From Actinomycetota bacterium (lineage in GTDB: Bacteria > Actinomycetota > Actinomycetes > Acidothermales > Acidothermaceae): 46,538 nucleotides of DNA. Under the pieces are notes generated by a model, which saw nothing but the letters and a program-made list of their open reading frames with translations, did not search any database and was not told the origin of the DNA. The DNA lies in NCBI GenBank assembly GCA_003134755.1, contig PLCK01000111.1:680-47217 (forward strand). Reading direction: 5' to 3'. The translations under genes were made by a program, and so were the position numbers. Positions within the stretch are counted from its first letter, which is position 1; each line of letters begins with the position of its first letter. Below are positions 8,568-18,296 of this stretch, piece by piece.

Positions 8568-9224
8568 ATGGCGAACTTCGGCGTTCTCGGCACCGGTGTG
8601 GTCGGCCCAACCATCGGTAGCAAGCTGATCGAACTCGGCCACAGTGTGATGCTTGGCGCTCGCGACGCGGCGAACGAAAAGGCAACAGCCTGGGCCGCGG
8701 ACGCCGGGGAGCTGGCCCACCACGGAACCTTCCGCGACGCCGCGCAGTTCGGCAACGTCATCGTGAACGCCACGCTGGGGCTCGGGTCGCTCGCGGCACT
8801 CGAAGCGGCCGGCACGGAGAACCTGGCCGGCAAGGTACTCATCGATATCAGCAATCTCCTCGACTTCAGCAACGGCTTCCCGCCGTCCGTCGGCGTCCCG
8901 AGCACCGACAGCCTGGCCGAGCAGATTCAGCGGGCGCACCCCGATGCGCGGGTAGTGAAGACGCTGAACACCGCGACCGCTTCGGTGATGGTTGATCCCT
9001 CGCGTGTTCCGGGCGAGCATCAGGTGTTCGTCTCGGGCGACGACGCCGACGCCAAGGCGAGCGTGACCGACTTGCTGGTTTCGTTCGGCTGGCCGGCGAG
9101 CCGCATCCTCGATCTCGGTGGCATCGCTACGGCCCGCGCCACCGAGTTCTACATCCTGCTGTGGGTGCAGCTGTACAGCACGCTCGGTACGTCCGAGTTC
9201 AACATCGAGGTTCACCGAGCCTGA
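8568..9224 (+). CDS. NADPH-dependent F420 reductase-like / NAD(P)-binding oxidoreductase
   Basis: MANFGVLGTGVVGPTIGSKLIELGHSVMLGARD is a Rossmann GxGxxG. Length (~218 aa) and the C-terminal pattern fit the F420_oxidored/NpdG-like family. Confidence 0.7.
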   Translation: MANFGVLGTGVVGPTIGSKLIELGHSVMLGARDAANEKATAWAADAGELAHHGTFRDAAQFGNVIVNATLGLGSLAALEAAGTENLAGKVLIDISNLLDFSNGFPPSVGVPSTDSLAEQIQRAHPDARVVKTLNTATASVMVDPSRVPGEHQVFVSGDDADAKASVTDLLVSFGWPASRILDLGGIATARATEFYILLWVQLYSTLGTSEFNIEVHRA

Positions 9225-9290
9225 ACCCCTGCCGATACGCCACAGGACGTGACCGCTGACCCGCGGTCCCTGGCGCGGAGGTGAGCGGTC

Positions 9291-9947
9291 GTGCTGATGC
9301 AGTACGTCGCAGCCGGATTCGGGCTTGCCGCGCTGGTCCTTTTCGGACGCTGGTGCTTGGTCAGGCAGTCGCGTGATCAGGCGTCCTTCCCGGCAATAGG
9401 CGTGAGCTCGTGCATGGTGCTGGCCGTCGCGGCAACCTTCCCAATCGTCGATCGGGCGACACTCGAAGGCCGCCTCAGCCACGCGGCGTCCACACTGATC
9501 GGTATTCACGTCCACGTGACCTGCCAGACGCTGACGGGCTCGGCGGTCGACATGGGCCGCGAACTGGGCTACGTGAAGTGGGGTGCCGACGGCGTGCCCG
9601 AGCACAAGACCCTCATCAAGCACGATCAGTGCAACGACCTGAGTGCCTATCTCGACTCGAGCAAGGAACGTCCGACTGCCGCGCAGGTTCTCGCCGTCCA
9701 CGTGCTGTCGCACGAGTCGATGCACATGTCGGGAACCACATCCGAGGCTGTGGCCGAGTGGCATGCCATGCAGCACGACGCGGCGCTCGCCGCAGACCTC
9801 GGCGCCTCGCCCGCTGCCGCGCACGCACTCGCCGTCCGGTATTGGCAGACCGTGTATCCCGAAATGCAGGACAACTACCGGAGCAATGACTGCGGGCCGG
9901 GCGCCGGGCTCGACTTGCACCTGCCGGCCGCCCCCTGGTCGCCCTAG
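9291..9947 (+). CDS. hypothetical membrane-anchored protein with HExxH motif
   Basis: High third-position GC through the whole ORF. N-terminal TM segment YVAAGFGLAALVLFGRWCLV. The motif VLSHESMHMSG is HExxH. I recognise no family. Confidence 0.6.
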   Translation: MLMQYVAAGFGLAALVLFGRWCLVRQSRDQASFPAIGVSSCMVLAVAATFPIVDRATLEGRLSHAASTLIGIHVHVTCQTLTGSAVDMGRELGYVKWGADGVPEHKTLIKHDQCNDLSAYLDSSKERPTAAQVLAVHVLSHESMHMSGTTSEAVAEWHAMQHDAALAADLGASPAAAHALAVRYWQTVYPEMQDNYRSNDCGPGAGLDLHLPAAPWSP

Positions 9948-10019
9948 CGCAGAGTGACGTCGGGCCGGCTTCTTCGATAATCCGGGACGCCGGGTCTGGG
10001 CTTTCCGTAGCCTCGACGT

Positions 10020-10577
10020 GTGCGCGTCACTTTCACCCGGCTCACCGGGCACCGATACGCGGTCGACGTGGTTCGTGAGAGCGGGCCGCCCGCAGGCCAA
10101 CGTGTCTCGACGGGCGCCGGCGTGTGTCTGCCGCCCGACATCGCGCACTTCCTCGTCGAACGCGAGTTCGGGCTGAGGCTGGGGATATTCGGTCAGCTGG
10201 CCGCCGGAGGCGACGCCGGGACGTTCCGCGCCGCGCCGGCCGATCGCGATGCCAGGCTCGCACATTGCGCGCACCGGCTTCAGGTCACCGGGCGGGGCGA
10301 CCTCGGCCGGTCGGTCGCGATGGTGTCGATTTGCACCGCCATATGGGAATTCGAGGCCGGACGCCGATTTGCGCCGCCCGACCTCAGGGCCTACGCGGCC
10401 GCCAGCAGCCGCTCGTGGGGCCTCGTCGACGTGGCCGACTTGCCATGCGACGGCGTCCGCCGCGTCGTCCAGGAGTTCGAAGGCGAAGCGACGAGGTGGA
10501 ACGCGCTCGGCGTGCGTGAAAGCGTCGCGTTCGAGTGGCCGGCCGCACTCACGTGCGTTCCCCGACGATCTGCCTAA
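10020..10577 (+). CDS. hypothetical protein (185 aa)
   Basis: Consistently high GC3 in this frame and a GTG start. Sequence MRVTFTRLTGHRYAVDVVRESGPP..PPDIAHFLVEREFGLRLGIFGQLAAGG. I recognise no family. Confidence 0.55.
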   Translation: MRVTFTRLTGHRYAVDVVRESGPPAGQRVSTGAGVCLPPDIAHFLVEREFGLRLGIFGQLAAGGDAGTFRAAPADRDARLAHCAHRLQVTGRGDLGRSVAMVSICTAIWEFEAGRRFAPPDLRAYAAASSRSWGLVDVADLPCDGVRRVVQEFEGEATRWNALGVRESVAFEWPAALTCVPRRSA

Positions 10578-10687
10578 CGCGGGCGTCGAGCATGGGATGG
10601 CCCGCAAGTTTCTACGGGCCACCCAGGCGCACAGTCAGCACGGGCGGATCACGAGCGAGAACTCGACTAGCGGGAGCAGATCAGGCG

Positions 10688-10719
10688 CGGGTCCAACGAA
10701 TCTCACGGGTCCAACGAAT
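10688..10719. repeat. direct repeat CGGGTCCAACGAAT x2 (period 18 nt)
   Basis: Exact 14-mers at 10688-10701 and 10706-10719, in the noncoding region upstream of the diguanylate cyclase gene. Confidence 0.8.
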
Positions 10720-10974
10720 TTCTCGCATGCCGGATCGCCTCCTCTCATCCTCGAGGGGGAAACCGGCCCGAAACCCGTCGACCACTGAACTCCAGTGCGT
10801 CGGCCAGCCTCAGCCCGGCTCGGGGAATTGCGGAGTAACAAACCCCATCAAAGAGGTCTTGTGTCGCCTGTGGCTAGAGGGAACCGAAAATAATCGGACT
10901 CGGCGCGAGCGACTGGTGACAGTGGGTCACTGCGGGCCGTAGGGTGATGGCTCATCGTCCGGTTCGGCCCAGGC

Positions 10975-11006
10975 TGTTCCCGATGTCGGGGTGTTCCCGA
11001 TGTCGG
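10975..11006. repeat. direct repeat TGTTCCCGATGTCGG x2 (period 17 nt)
   Basis: Exact 15-mers at 10975-10989 and 10992-11006, about 45 nt upstream of the preferred GTG start (11049) of the diguanylate cyclase. Confidence 0.8.
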
Positions 11007-11048
11007 AGCCGACCAGCTGCGGAAGCAAGATTGGCGGGACTTGCTCAC

Positions 11049-12377
11049 GTGAAAGCGCTGACGCGGGCTCGCGCGAGCTGGCAGTTGCCGCGGGCCGTCC
11101 GGATCGCGATCGTCGCGGTGCTGGTCGGCTACGTCGCGGTGATCGTCGGCGGCGTGATGACCACGGGGTTCTCGATACGTGATCTTGCGACCCTCGGCCT
11201 CTTCAGCGCCTGCGGGGTCGTCAGTGTCGAGGTGTCGCTGCGGTTGGCCTGGCCTCGGCCTCGGCGCGACCGCATCAGCCGTGACTTCCTCGGCGTGTGG
11301 GCGTTGCCGGTCATGCTGCTGTTGCCACCCGTCTATGCCGCGGTGGCGGTCGTCGTGCCAGGGCTCTACGTCCAGCTGCGAGCGTGGCGCACCGACCCTC
11401 TGAAGGTTGTCTACAGCACGGCGGCGCTCGGGCTGGCACGCGCCGCCGGGAGCGCCACTTTCATCGCCATCGCGGGCCACCACGCGTCGGGAGCGGGCCT
11501 CACGCACCTGTTCGGCAGTGGCCGCAATGAACTCGCCGTCCTCGCCGCGATCCTCGTGTGGTGGTTGGTCAACTACATCTTGATTGGCGCTGTCGTCGCC
11601 TTGAGTGTCGGGCTGCACCACGTCTTGGCGTCGCTGCGTGACCGCGAGGCGATCTCGGTCGACGTCGTCGACGCCAGCATGGGAATTCTGGCGACGATCG
11701 CGTTCGCCTTGCGCCCTGAACTCGTCGCTGTCGTCGCCGCGCCTGTGCTTTACATGCAGCACCAGGCCTTCAGCGGTCTTCGCAGCGCCGTCCGTACCGA
11801 CCTGCTCACCGATGTCGCGAGTCCCGAGTACTGGCGCGAAACGGCGGCGCGCGAAGTTCAGCGCGCGGTGGCCAGTGCCGCCGACCTCGCCGTCCTGATG
11901 GTCGACATCGACCACTTCAAGAACGTCAACGACAGGCACGGCCACCTCGCGGGAGACGCCGTGCTGGCGGCAGTCGCGCGAGCCATCGCTACCGCGCTGC
12001 GGCCAGGCGACCTCGTCGGCCGACTCGGTGGCGAAGAGTTCGCAGCGGTTCTTTCCGGTTCGAATATCGCGGACGCCGAGTCGGCGGCCGGTCGCGTCCG
12101 CGCCGCAGTCGCCGACGTGAGGGTGAGATCCGACCGCGGTGACTGGATCTCGGTGACGGTCTCGGCCGGAGTGGCCGGGCTCGCGGCGAACGGCGCCACG
12201 CTTGCCGAGTTGCTCGACGCCGCTGACGGCGCGCTCTACGCGGCCAAGGACGCCGGCCGCAACGCCGTCCGCGTCGCCGGTCCGGTCCGCGACCGGCTCA
12301 TCGACCTGCGCCCCGACCTGCGCCCCGACCTGTGCCCGGAACTTGCCGAGCAGGCCGGCCCCCCCGAGGGTCGGTAG
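11049..12377 (+). CDS. integral-membrane diguanylate cyclase (GGDEF domain, GGEEF active site, RxxD I-site)
   Basis: About 6 TM helices, then DIDHFKNVNDRHGHLAGDAVL..LRPGDLVGRLGGEEFAAVL. The ORF opens at 10944, but codons 10944-11048 have low GC3, so GTG 11049 is preferred. Confidence 0.85.
   Translation: MKALTRARASWQLPRAVRIAIVAVLVGYVAVIVGGVMTTGFSIRDLATLGLFSACGVVSVEVSLRLAWPRPRRDRISRDFLGVWALPVMLLLPPVYAAVAVVVPGLYVQLRAWRTDPLKVVYSTAALGLARAAGSATFIAIAGHHASGAGLTHLFGSGRNELAVLAAILVWWLVNYILIGAVVALSVGLHHVLASLRDREAISVDVVDASMGILATIAFALRPELVAVVAAPVLYMQHQAFSGLRSAVRTDLLTDVASPEYWRETAAREVQRAVASAADLAVLMVDIDHFKNVNDRHGHLAGDAVLAAVARAIATALRPGDLVGRLGGEEFAAVLSGSNIADAESAAGRVRAAVADVRVRSDRGDWISVTVSAGVAGLAANGATLAELLDAADGALYAAKDAGRNAVRVAGPVRDRLIDLRPDLRPDLCPELAEQAGPPEGR
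12303..12338 (+). repeat. in-frame 12-nt tandem repeat (GACCTGCGCCCC x2 plus a degenerate third copy)
   Basis: Encodes DLRPDLRPDLCP at the extreme C-terminus of the diguanylate cyclase. Confidence 0.8.
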
Positions 12378-12503
12378 CGACACCTTCCCGCAATCGGGTC
12401 GGCGTCCACCTCCCTTTTGCGTCTCGGCACACGAGATGATGATGTGGGTCCATCGAGCCCGCCGCGAGGCGGCTCACCCACAACCAGTCAGGGACGTGCC
12501 GAC

Positions 12504-14693
12504 GTGACGCAGGTTGGTTCGCCTCCGGACGCACCCGACTACGGCGATGAGCTGGTCGAGGCACTCGACGAGGCTGCCACCGAGAGGCACGATCGCGCAG
12601 CCAACCTTGATCTGCCGCCCGACCGCTTCATTGACCGTGAGGCGAGCTGGCTCGACTTCAACCGGCGAGTGCTCGAGCTCGCTCAGAGTTCCGACGTGCC
12701 GTTGCTCGAGCGCGCCAGGTTTCTGGCGATCTTCGCGACCAACCTCGACGAGTTCTTTATGGTGCGCGTCGCCGGCCTCAAGCGCCGCATCGCAACGGGG
12801 ATCGCCGTCACGGCGCCGAGTGGATTGTCGGCCCGCGACCAGCTCGAACTCGTCTCGGACCGGGCGCACTCGCTGGTCGCCGCGCACGCGAGCGCCTTCT
12901 TCGACCAGGTGCGCCCCGAGCTGGCTGAACGCGGGATCCACCTGCTGCGCTGGCGCGACCTGGACGCCGACGACCACGCCAGTCTTCGCACGTTCTTTAG
13001 CGAGAGCGTCTATCCGGTCCTAACCCCGCTTGCCGTCGACCCGGCGCATCCTTTTCCTTACATCTCAGGGCTTTCTCTGAACCTCGCGGTTGTCGTACGC
13101 GACCCGACGAATGGCGAGGAGCGTTTTGCGCGCGTCAAGGTGCCGGAGATCCTGTCGCGATTCATGCCGCTCGGCCGCGGGCGCTTCGTCACGATCGAAG
13201 AAATCATCGCGGCGCATCTGCACGTCATGTTTCCCGGCATGGAGGTGCTCGAGAGTCACACCTTCCGGGTCACTCGCAACGAAGATCTCGAGGTCGACGA
13301 AGACGACGTCGACAACCTCTTGCAGGCGCTCGAACGCGAACTCTTGCGCCGCCGCTTCGGTCCGCCCGTGCGGCTCGAGGTCGAGGACACAACGAGCGAC
13401 CGGGTCCTCGACCTGCTGATCCGCGAGCTCGGTGTGAACCAGACGGAGGTCTACCGGTTGCCGGCTCCCCTCGACCTCGTCGGACTGTGGAGTATCGCCG
13501 ATCTCGAGCGGCCTGAGCTGAAGTACGAGCAATTCGTGCCTGCGACGCATCCGAAACTCGTTACCCCCGACGGTGACGGCGTCCGCGATATCTTCGCTGC
13601 GCTTCGCAGCGGCGACATCCTTGTTCACCACCCGTACGACTCCTTCGCGACGAGTGTGCAGGCGTTCGTCGAGCAAGCCGCCGCCGACGACAACGTGCTG
13701 GCGATAAAGCAGACCCTCTATCGCACGAGCGGTGACTCGCCGATCGTCGATGCCCTTGTTGACGCGGCGCGCGCGGGCAAGCAGGTGCTGGTGCTCGTCG
13801 AGATCAAGGCACGATTCGACGAAGAAGCCAACATCCGGTGGGCCCGCAAGCTCGAGCAGGCCGGCTGCCACGTCGTCTACGGGCTCGTCGGGCTCAAGAC
13901 CCACTGCAAACTGTGCCTGGTCGTGCGTCGCGAGCCCGACGGGTCGTTGCGCCGCTACGCCCACCTGGGCACGGGCAACTACAACCCCAAGACGGCACGC
14001 ATCTATGAGGACGTCGGCCTGCTCACCGCCGATCCTGCAGTCGGGGCCGACGTCGCCGACTTGTTCAACCACCTGTCGGGTTACACCAGGCCCGACCCCT
14101 ATCGCACTCTGCTGGTTGCGCCCGACACCGTGCGCAGCGGCCTGGCAGGTGCGATCCGGCGCGAGAGGGAGAACGCACTGGCGGGTCGGCCGAGCGGGAT
14201 CACGATGAAGCTGAACAGTCTCGTCGACGAAGAACTCATCGACGACCTCTACGGAGCGTCGCGGGCAGGTGTCCGCGTCGATCTCCTGGTGCGCGGCATG
14301 TGTGCACTGCGTCCCGGAGTCAGCGGGCTGTCGGAGAACATCCGGGTACGCAGCATCCTCGGCCGTTTCCTCGAGCACTCGCGCATCTTGCGGTTCAGGG
14401 CGGGCGGCGACGACGAGTACTGGATCGGCAGCGCCGATCTCATGCACCGCAATCTCGACCGGCGTGTCGAGGCGATGGTGCGGGTCAGCGATCCCGAGGC
14501 TCGTCGGATTCTCGCGGGCGTTCTCGATGGAGCGATGTCCGACGGGATAGCGTCGTGGGAGCTGCGTCCTGACGGAACGTTCGCCTATGCATCGGGCAAG
14601 GACCTGCAAGGCGAGTTGATCAAGTCGCATCGGCTCTCCCAGGTATACGAGCCGGCTGTTTCGGCACACGCTGAACCACCCTTCATCGCCTGA
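12504..14693 (+). CDS. ppk1: polyphosphate kinase 1
   Basis: [50 protein letters not shown], followed by PLD-like C-terminal domains ([21 protein letters not shown]). Start is uncertain: GTG 12504 within an ORF that opens at 12417. Confidence 0.92.
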   Translation: MTQVGSPPDAPDYGDELVEALDEAATERHDRAANLDLPPDRFIDREASWLDFNRRVLELAQSSDVPLLERARFLAIFATNLDEFFMVRVAGLKRRIATGIAVTAPSGLSARDQLELVSDRAHSLVAAHASAFFDQVRPELAERGIHLLRWRDLDADDHASLRTFFSESVYPVLTPLAVDPAHPFPYISGLSLNLAVVVRDPTNGEERFARVKVPEILSRFMPLGRGRFVTIEEIIAAHLHVMFPGMEVLESHTFRVTRNEDLEVDEDDVDNLLQALERELLRRRFGPPVRLEVEDTTSDRVLDLLIRELGVNQTEVYRLPAPLDLVGLWSIADLERPELKYEQFVPATHPKLVTPDGDGVRDIFAALRSGDILVHHPYDSFATSVQAFVEQAAADDNVLAIKQTLYRTSGDSPIVDALVDAARAGKQVLVLVEIKARFDEEANIRWARKLEQAGCHVVYGLVGLKTHCKLCLVVRREPDGSLRRYAHLGTGNYNPKTARIYEDVGLLTADPAVGADVADLFNHLSGYTRPDPYRTLLVAPDTVRSGLAGAIRRERENALAGRPSGITMKLNSLVDEELIDDLYGASRAGVRVDLLVRGMCALRPGVSGLSENIRVRSILGRFLEHSRILRFRAGGDDEYWIGSADLMHRNLDRRVEAMVRVSDPEARRILAGVLDGAMSDGIASWELRPDGTFAYASGKDLQGELIKSHRLSQVYEPAVSAHAEPPFIA

Positions 14694-14718
14694 TGCGGTG
14701 CTTCGGTAGGGTCGCCTG

Positions 14719-16272
14719 ATGGCGACGAACGAGGAATCGCACACCGTGCGCGAGTTCGAGGCCAAGTTCCGGGTTAGCTCGACTTTCGAGCTGCCCGAGA
14801 TCGCCGGGATCGTCCCTCGGGTCGCCGCGATCGATGCGCCGAGCCACGTCACCATGAATGCGGTCTACTACGACACGCCAGACTTGCGGATGGCCCGCGA
14901 GGGCGTGACGCTACGGCGCCGATCGGGCGGCAAGGATGCCGGGTGGCATCTGAAGCTCCCGGTGCTCGCCCACACCGTGCCCGACGGCACCGGCGTCCGC
15001 GACGAGATCCAGCTGCCAGATTCCCACGACATCCCCGACGAACTTGCGCGACTCGTGACTGTTTGGGTGCGAATCGGCTCGCTCGAGCCAGTTGCCACCT
15101 TGGCCAGCGACCGCACCACGCTGGTCCTACGCGCGGCCGACGGCAGCGCGCTCGCGGAGTTGGTCGACGATGCCGTGTCGGTCGAGGGCGGCGCGCACAA
15201 CCAGGCCCGATTCAGGGAACTTGAGGTCGAAGACCTGGGGGGCGGCGAGGAGGTGGTCGCGCAGGTCGCGGCCGTGCTGCGTGACGCGGGTGCGGTCGGC
15301 GGTCAATTCGTGCCGAAGGTGGTGCGGGCGCTCGGCCCACAGGCGACGGCGCCCGGCGACCCGCCTCCGCCGTTGCCGGTCGGGCCGAAGGATCCGGTGC
15401 ACGATGTCGTCGCTGCCACGCTGCGCTCCTACACGAGGTTGTTGATGTCCTACGACGTCGCCGTCCGGCGCGGCCTCGACGACGCGGTACATCAAATGCG
15501 GGTTGCGTCTCGCCGGCTTCGCAGTGCGTTGCGGAGTTTCGCACCTTTGGTCGACGCCGAGTGGGCCGAAGATCTGGGCGCGGAACTGCACTGGCTGGCC
15601 GGCGTCCTCGGGACCGCGCGCGACAGCGAGGTCCTGCGCGACCGGATGCTGGTGGCCGCTGGGGAGCTGCCACCGCCGGCTCGACCCGATGCGGTGGCGG
15701 CGAAGCTGGCCGACATCTGCGGGAAGCGCCACCAGTCGGCGCTGGAAGAGCTCGCGGTCGCGCTGCGCAGCGATCGCTACCTCGCCTTGCTCCAGCGCCT
15801 CGTCGACGGCGCGACTTATCCGCGAACCACCGATGCGGCACGGCATCCATCCGGGGCCGTGCTGAAGACTGCGATCCGGGCCAACTGGGCCAGCATGCGA
15901 AAGCGCGCCGACCCGGTGACCCGGCACCGCCGCCGTCCCCCGACGGCGAGCGATTACCACCGGGTGAGGATCGCGGCCAAACGGCTCCGCTACCTGTGCG
16001 ACGCCGCCGTCCCTGCGCTTGGTACGAAGGCGCGGAAGTTGTCGGCCCAGGCGGCCCGGGTCCAGGACGTGCTGGGCGAGCATCACGACGCGGTTGTCGC
16101 CGGCGAGTTCATTACCGAGGTCGCAGCGCAGCCGCGGGTGGGCAACCTGGCGTTCGGGCTCGGCTTGCTGTACGCCCGCGAGCAGAGCAAGGCACGAGCG
16201 GCGACGCACGCGTTTGCCGAGATCTGGCCCGACGTCATCCGCGCCAAGCGGCGCCGCTGGTTAGCCGGCTAG
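14719..16272 (+). CDS. CYTH and CHAD domain-containing protein
   Basis: N-terminal EFEAKFRV is a CYTH ExExK motif. The C-terminal part has VHQMRVASRRLRSALRSF and YHRVRIAAKRLRYLCD, typical CHAD helices. Sits immediately after ppk1. Confidence 0.85.
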   Translation: MATNEESHTVREFEAKFRVSSTFELPEIAGIVPRVAAIDAPSHVTMNAVYYDTPDLRMAREGVTLRRRSGGKDAGWHLKLPVLAHTVPDGTGVRDEIQLPDSHDIPDELARLVTVWVRIGSLEPVATLASDRTTLVLRAADGSALAELVDDAVSVEGGAHNQARFRELEVEDLGGGEEVVAQVAAVLRDAGAVGGQFVPKVVRALGPQATAPGDPPPPLPVGPKDPVHDVVAATLRSYTRLLMSYDVAVRRGLDDAVHQMRVASRRLRSALRSFAPLVDAEWAEDLGAELHWLAGVLGTARDSEVLRDRMLVAAGELPPPARPDAVAAKLADICGKRHQSALEELAVALRSDRYLALLQRLVDGATYPRTTDAARHPSGAVLKTAIRANWASMRKRADPVTRHRRRPPTASDYHRVRIAAKRLRYLCDAAVPALGTKARKLSAQAARVQDVLGEHHDAVVAGEFITEVAAQPRVGNLAFGLGLLYAREQSKARAATHAFAEIWPDVIRAKRRRWLAG

Positions 16273-16297
16273 TGGTTGACGGGCGGCGTGGCAGCTG

Positions 16298-17209
16298 ATG
16301 GCAGACGGGTCGGAGCGTTTCATCGAAGCCGCTGGGGGCGTGCTGTGGCGCCGCGCAGCCGGCGGAGCCGGCGTCGAGGTCGCGCTCGTCCACCGACCGA
16401 AGTACGACGATTGGTCCCTGCCCAAGGGAAAGCTGCTACCGGACGAGCACGCGCTGGTCGGGGCGCTGCGCGAGGTTGCCGAGGAGACCTGCTACACCGG
16501 CCGTCCCGGCCGCATGCTCGGTGAGACGCGTTACTTGAAGGACGGTTCGCCGAAGCGAGTGCATTACTGGGCGGTCGAGGCGATGGACGGCAACTTCACG
16601 GTAAACGCCGAGGTCGATCAGCTGATGTGGTTGCCGCCCCGTGAGGCCGCATTGCATTTGGACGCCAGCCGCGACCGCCCCATCGCCGAGGTGTTCGCTA
16701 CCGACGTCAGGGCCACCATCCCGTGCGCGGTTGTTCGGCACGGGAGTGCCGGTGAACGATCGTCGTTCATCGGCAATGACCGCGAGCGGCCGCTCGACGA
16801 TCTCGGGCATCGGCAGGCTCTCGCGTTGATTCCGATCCTCGACGCCCTTGCTATCGAACGGGTGCTGTCGGCCGATGTGCTGCGTTGCCTCGACACCGTC
16901 GGCCCCTTTGCCGCTGAGCGCCGCCTCACCGTTGAAAGCGAGCCACTGCTGTCCGAGTCAGGGTCTGCGGCCGCACCAGACGCTGCGGCCGAGCGGCTCC
17001 TTGCGGTCATCGCCAACGAGCAGCCGGTGGCTATTTGCAGTCAGGGCAAGGCAATTCCGCCGCTGCTGAAGCGGGTCTCGGAGGCACTCGGTGGCCCGAC
17101 CTGGGATGGTTCCGTCCCGAAGGGTGGCTTCGTCGTGCTCAACATCGCCCGCGAGGGCAAGCGCAAACTCGCGTCGATCGATAGGTACTCACCGCTCGTC
17201 GTGCCGTGA
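16298..17209 (+). CDS. Nudix hydrolase fused to histidine-phosphatase (SixA-like) domain, MutT1-like
   Basis: Nudix box: LPKGKLLPDEHALVGALREVAEETCY. The C-terminal VVRHGSAGERS is the RHG motif of the histidine phosphatase superfamily. Same two-domain architecture and ppk1 adjacency as mycobacterial MutT1. Confidence 0.8.
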   Translation: MADGSERFIEAAGGVLWRRAAGGAGVEVALVHRPKYDDWSLPKGKLLPDEHALVGALREVAEETCYTGRPGRMLGETRYLKDGSPKRVHYWAVEAMDGNFTVNAEVDQLMWLPPREAALHLDASRDRPIAEVFATDVRATIPCAVVRHGSAGERSSFIGNDRERPLDDLGHRQALALIPILDALAIERVLSADVLRCLDTVGPFAAERRLTVESEPLLSESGSAAAPDAAAERLLAVIANEQPVAICSQGKAIPPLLKRVSEALGGPTWDGSVPKGGFVVLNIAREGKRKLASIDRYSPLVVP

Positions 17210-17245
17210 CCGCCGCACCACCCGGCAGCCGTCAGTGACGAGCTG

Positions 17246-18211
17246 TCAGTACTGACGAACGACTGAGCTCGGAGCCATCACGATGACCGGTGCCTTCGCC
17301 GGATCAAGCCAACGCAGTACCTGCAGCAGACTTGACTGCGCAATCGAGACGCAGCCCGCCGTGGCGCTGCCGGTACTCACATGCAGGAAGATCGCGCTGC
17401 CCTTATGTGGCACCACAGGTGAGACGTTGAAGTTGATGACCGCCGCGTAGGCGTAGGGCCGCGCGAAGGACGCCGAGGCGAGATGCTCACCAACGAGTGC
17501 CGCATTCTCCTGCCAGGTGTTGTAGAACGCTGACGCACTGTCGCCGACCCATACCGACTGCGCATCAGGTCGGCGGTAGGGAAACGCGACCCCAGGGTTC
17601 GGCTGCTGGCCGAACATCGTGCCGAACCCGTACTTGCCGGTCGGAGTCGTCCCGTCGCCCTCGGTCCGGTTCGCCGAGAATCCGCCACGGCCTATGAGCG
17701 CAGGAGTCGCGGGGTACACGGCCCGCCACTTCCCGGCGTCCTTCTCGAAGGTCTGCAGAGTTGCCTGGCTGGTGCCCCAGCCCGTCGATGTCACGATCAC
17801 GACCTGCTGGGCATCGCCGACATTCGCGAGCTGCTCGACCAGCAGCGGCGCCGGCGGCGCCGGCACAACCGTCGCCGACGGCTTCGGTTTGGCGGACGCC
17901 GTTGGACTTGCCTTAGGGCTCGGCGGCTTGGCCGTAGCCGCCAATGCCTGGGTGGACGCCGACGGGCTGGCGCTGACCGGCGCGCTCACGACCGCGCTGG
18001 CCGCCGGAGCGCCGACCGTCGCGGCTGCCGAGCTGCCTGCAAGGTCGCTCACCCCCGGCGCGGACCCACTGTCCGCCGCGCTGTCGTTGGCCGCCGAGCT
18101 GGTGGTCGCGGTCGCCGAGTTCGGCGTCCGGCTGTTCGTGCAGGCGGCGACACTCGCTGCGCAGGCGAACGCGGCAACGCACGAGAAGTACCGGGCGAAC
18201 CCGCGACCCAT
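17246..18211 (-). CDS. L,D-transpeptidase catalytic-domain family lipoprotein
   Basis: Lipobox-like SVAACT. Ala/Ser/Pro-rich linker. C-terminal GDGTTPTGKYGFG..SAIFLHVSTGSATAGCVSI matches the H..GC catalytic motif of YkuD-type enzymes. GGAGG RBS. Confidence 0.7.
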   Translation of the reverse strand: MGRGFARYFSCVAAFACAASVAACTNSRTPNSATATTSSAANDSAADSGSAPGVSDLAGSSAAATVGAPAASAVVSAPVSASPSASTQALAATAKPPSPKASPTASAKPKPSATVVPAPPAPLLVEQLANVGDAQQVVIVTSTGWGTSQATLQTFEKDAGKWRAVYPATPALIGRGGFSANRTEGDGTTPTGKYGFGTMFGQQPNPGVAFPYRRPDAQSVWVGDSASAFYNTWQENAALVGEHLASASFARPYAYAAVINFNVSPVVPHKGSAIFLHVSTGSATAGCVSIAQSSLLQVLRWLDPAKAPVIVMAPSSVVRQY

Positions 18212-18296
18212 GTGACCTCCGACTGCTCAGTCATATGTCGTCAGGCTAACCCGCTGCCTGGAGCCGACTGCCGCGAAGGGCCGGGCCGGGGCACGA

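Noticed and set aside
8349-10622. A 757-aa uninterrupted ORF on the minus strand.
   Set aside because: It runs antisense to three plus-strand genes, one of which has clear family motifs (Rossmann F420/NADP reductase-like). Its translation is Arg/Gly/Ala-rich and low complexity with no recognisable motif. Long antisense ORFs are expected at about 70% GC.
10681-10728. A minus-strand mini-ORF MREIRWTREIRWTRA spanning the 14-mer direct repeat, considered as a Trp-type leader peptide.
   Set aside because: There is no downstream gene on the minus strand, because the next genes are on the plus strand. The repeated peptide is just a consequence of the DNA repeat.
12378-12503. A possible PhoP PHO-box (GCTCACCCACA) upstream of ppk1.
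   Set aside because: It is a single, imperfect 11-nt unit without the required adjacent direct-repeat unit.
10848-14855. Long minus-strand ORFs 10848..12383 (511 aa) and 13065..14855 (596 aa).
   Set aside because: They are antisense to the GGDEF cyclase and to ppk1, both of which carry unmistakable catalytic motifs on the plus strand. The antisense products are Arg/Asp-rich nonsense.
17230-17257. A 7-bp inverted repeat CGTCAGT..ACTGACG between convergent genes, considered as a bidirectional terminator.
   Set aside because: The stem is short, the loop is 14 nt, there is no U-tract, and the right arm lies inside the coding sequence of the minus-strand gene.
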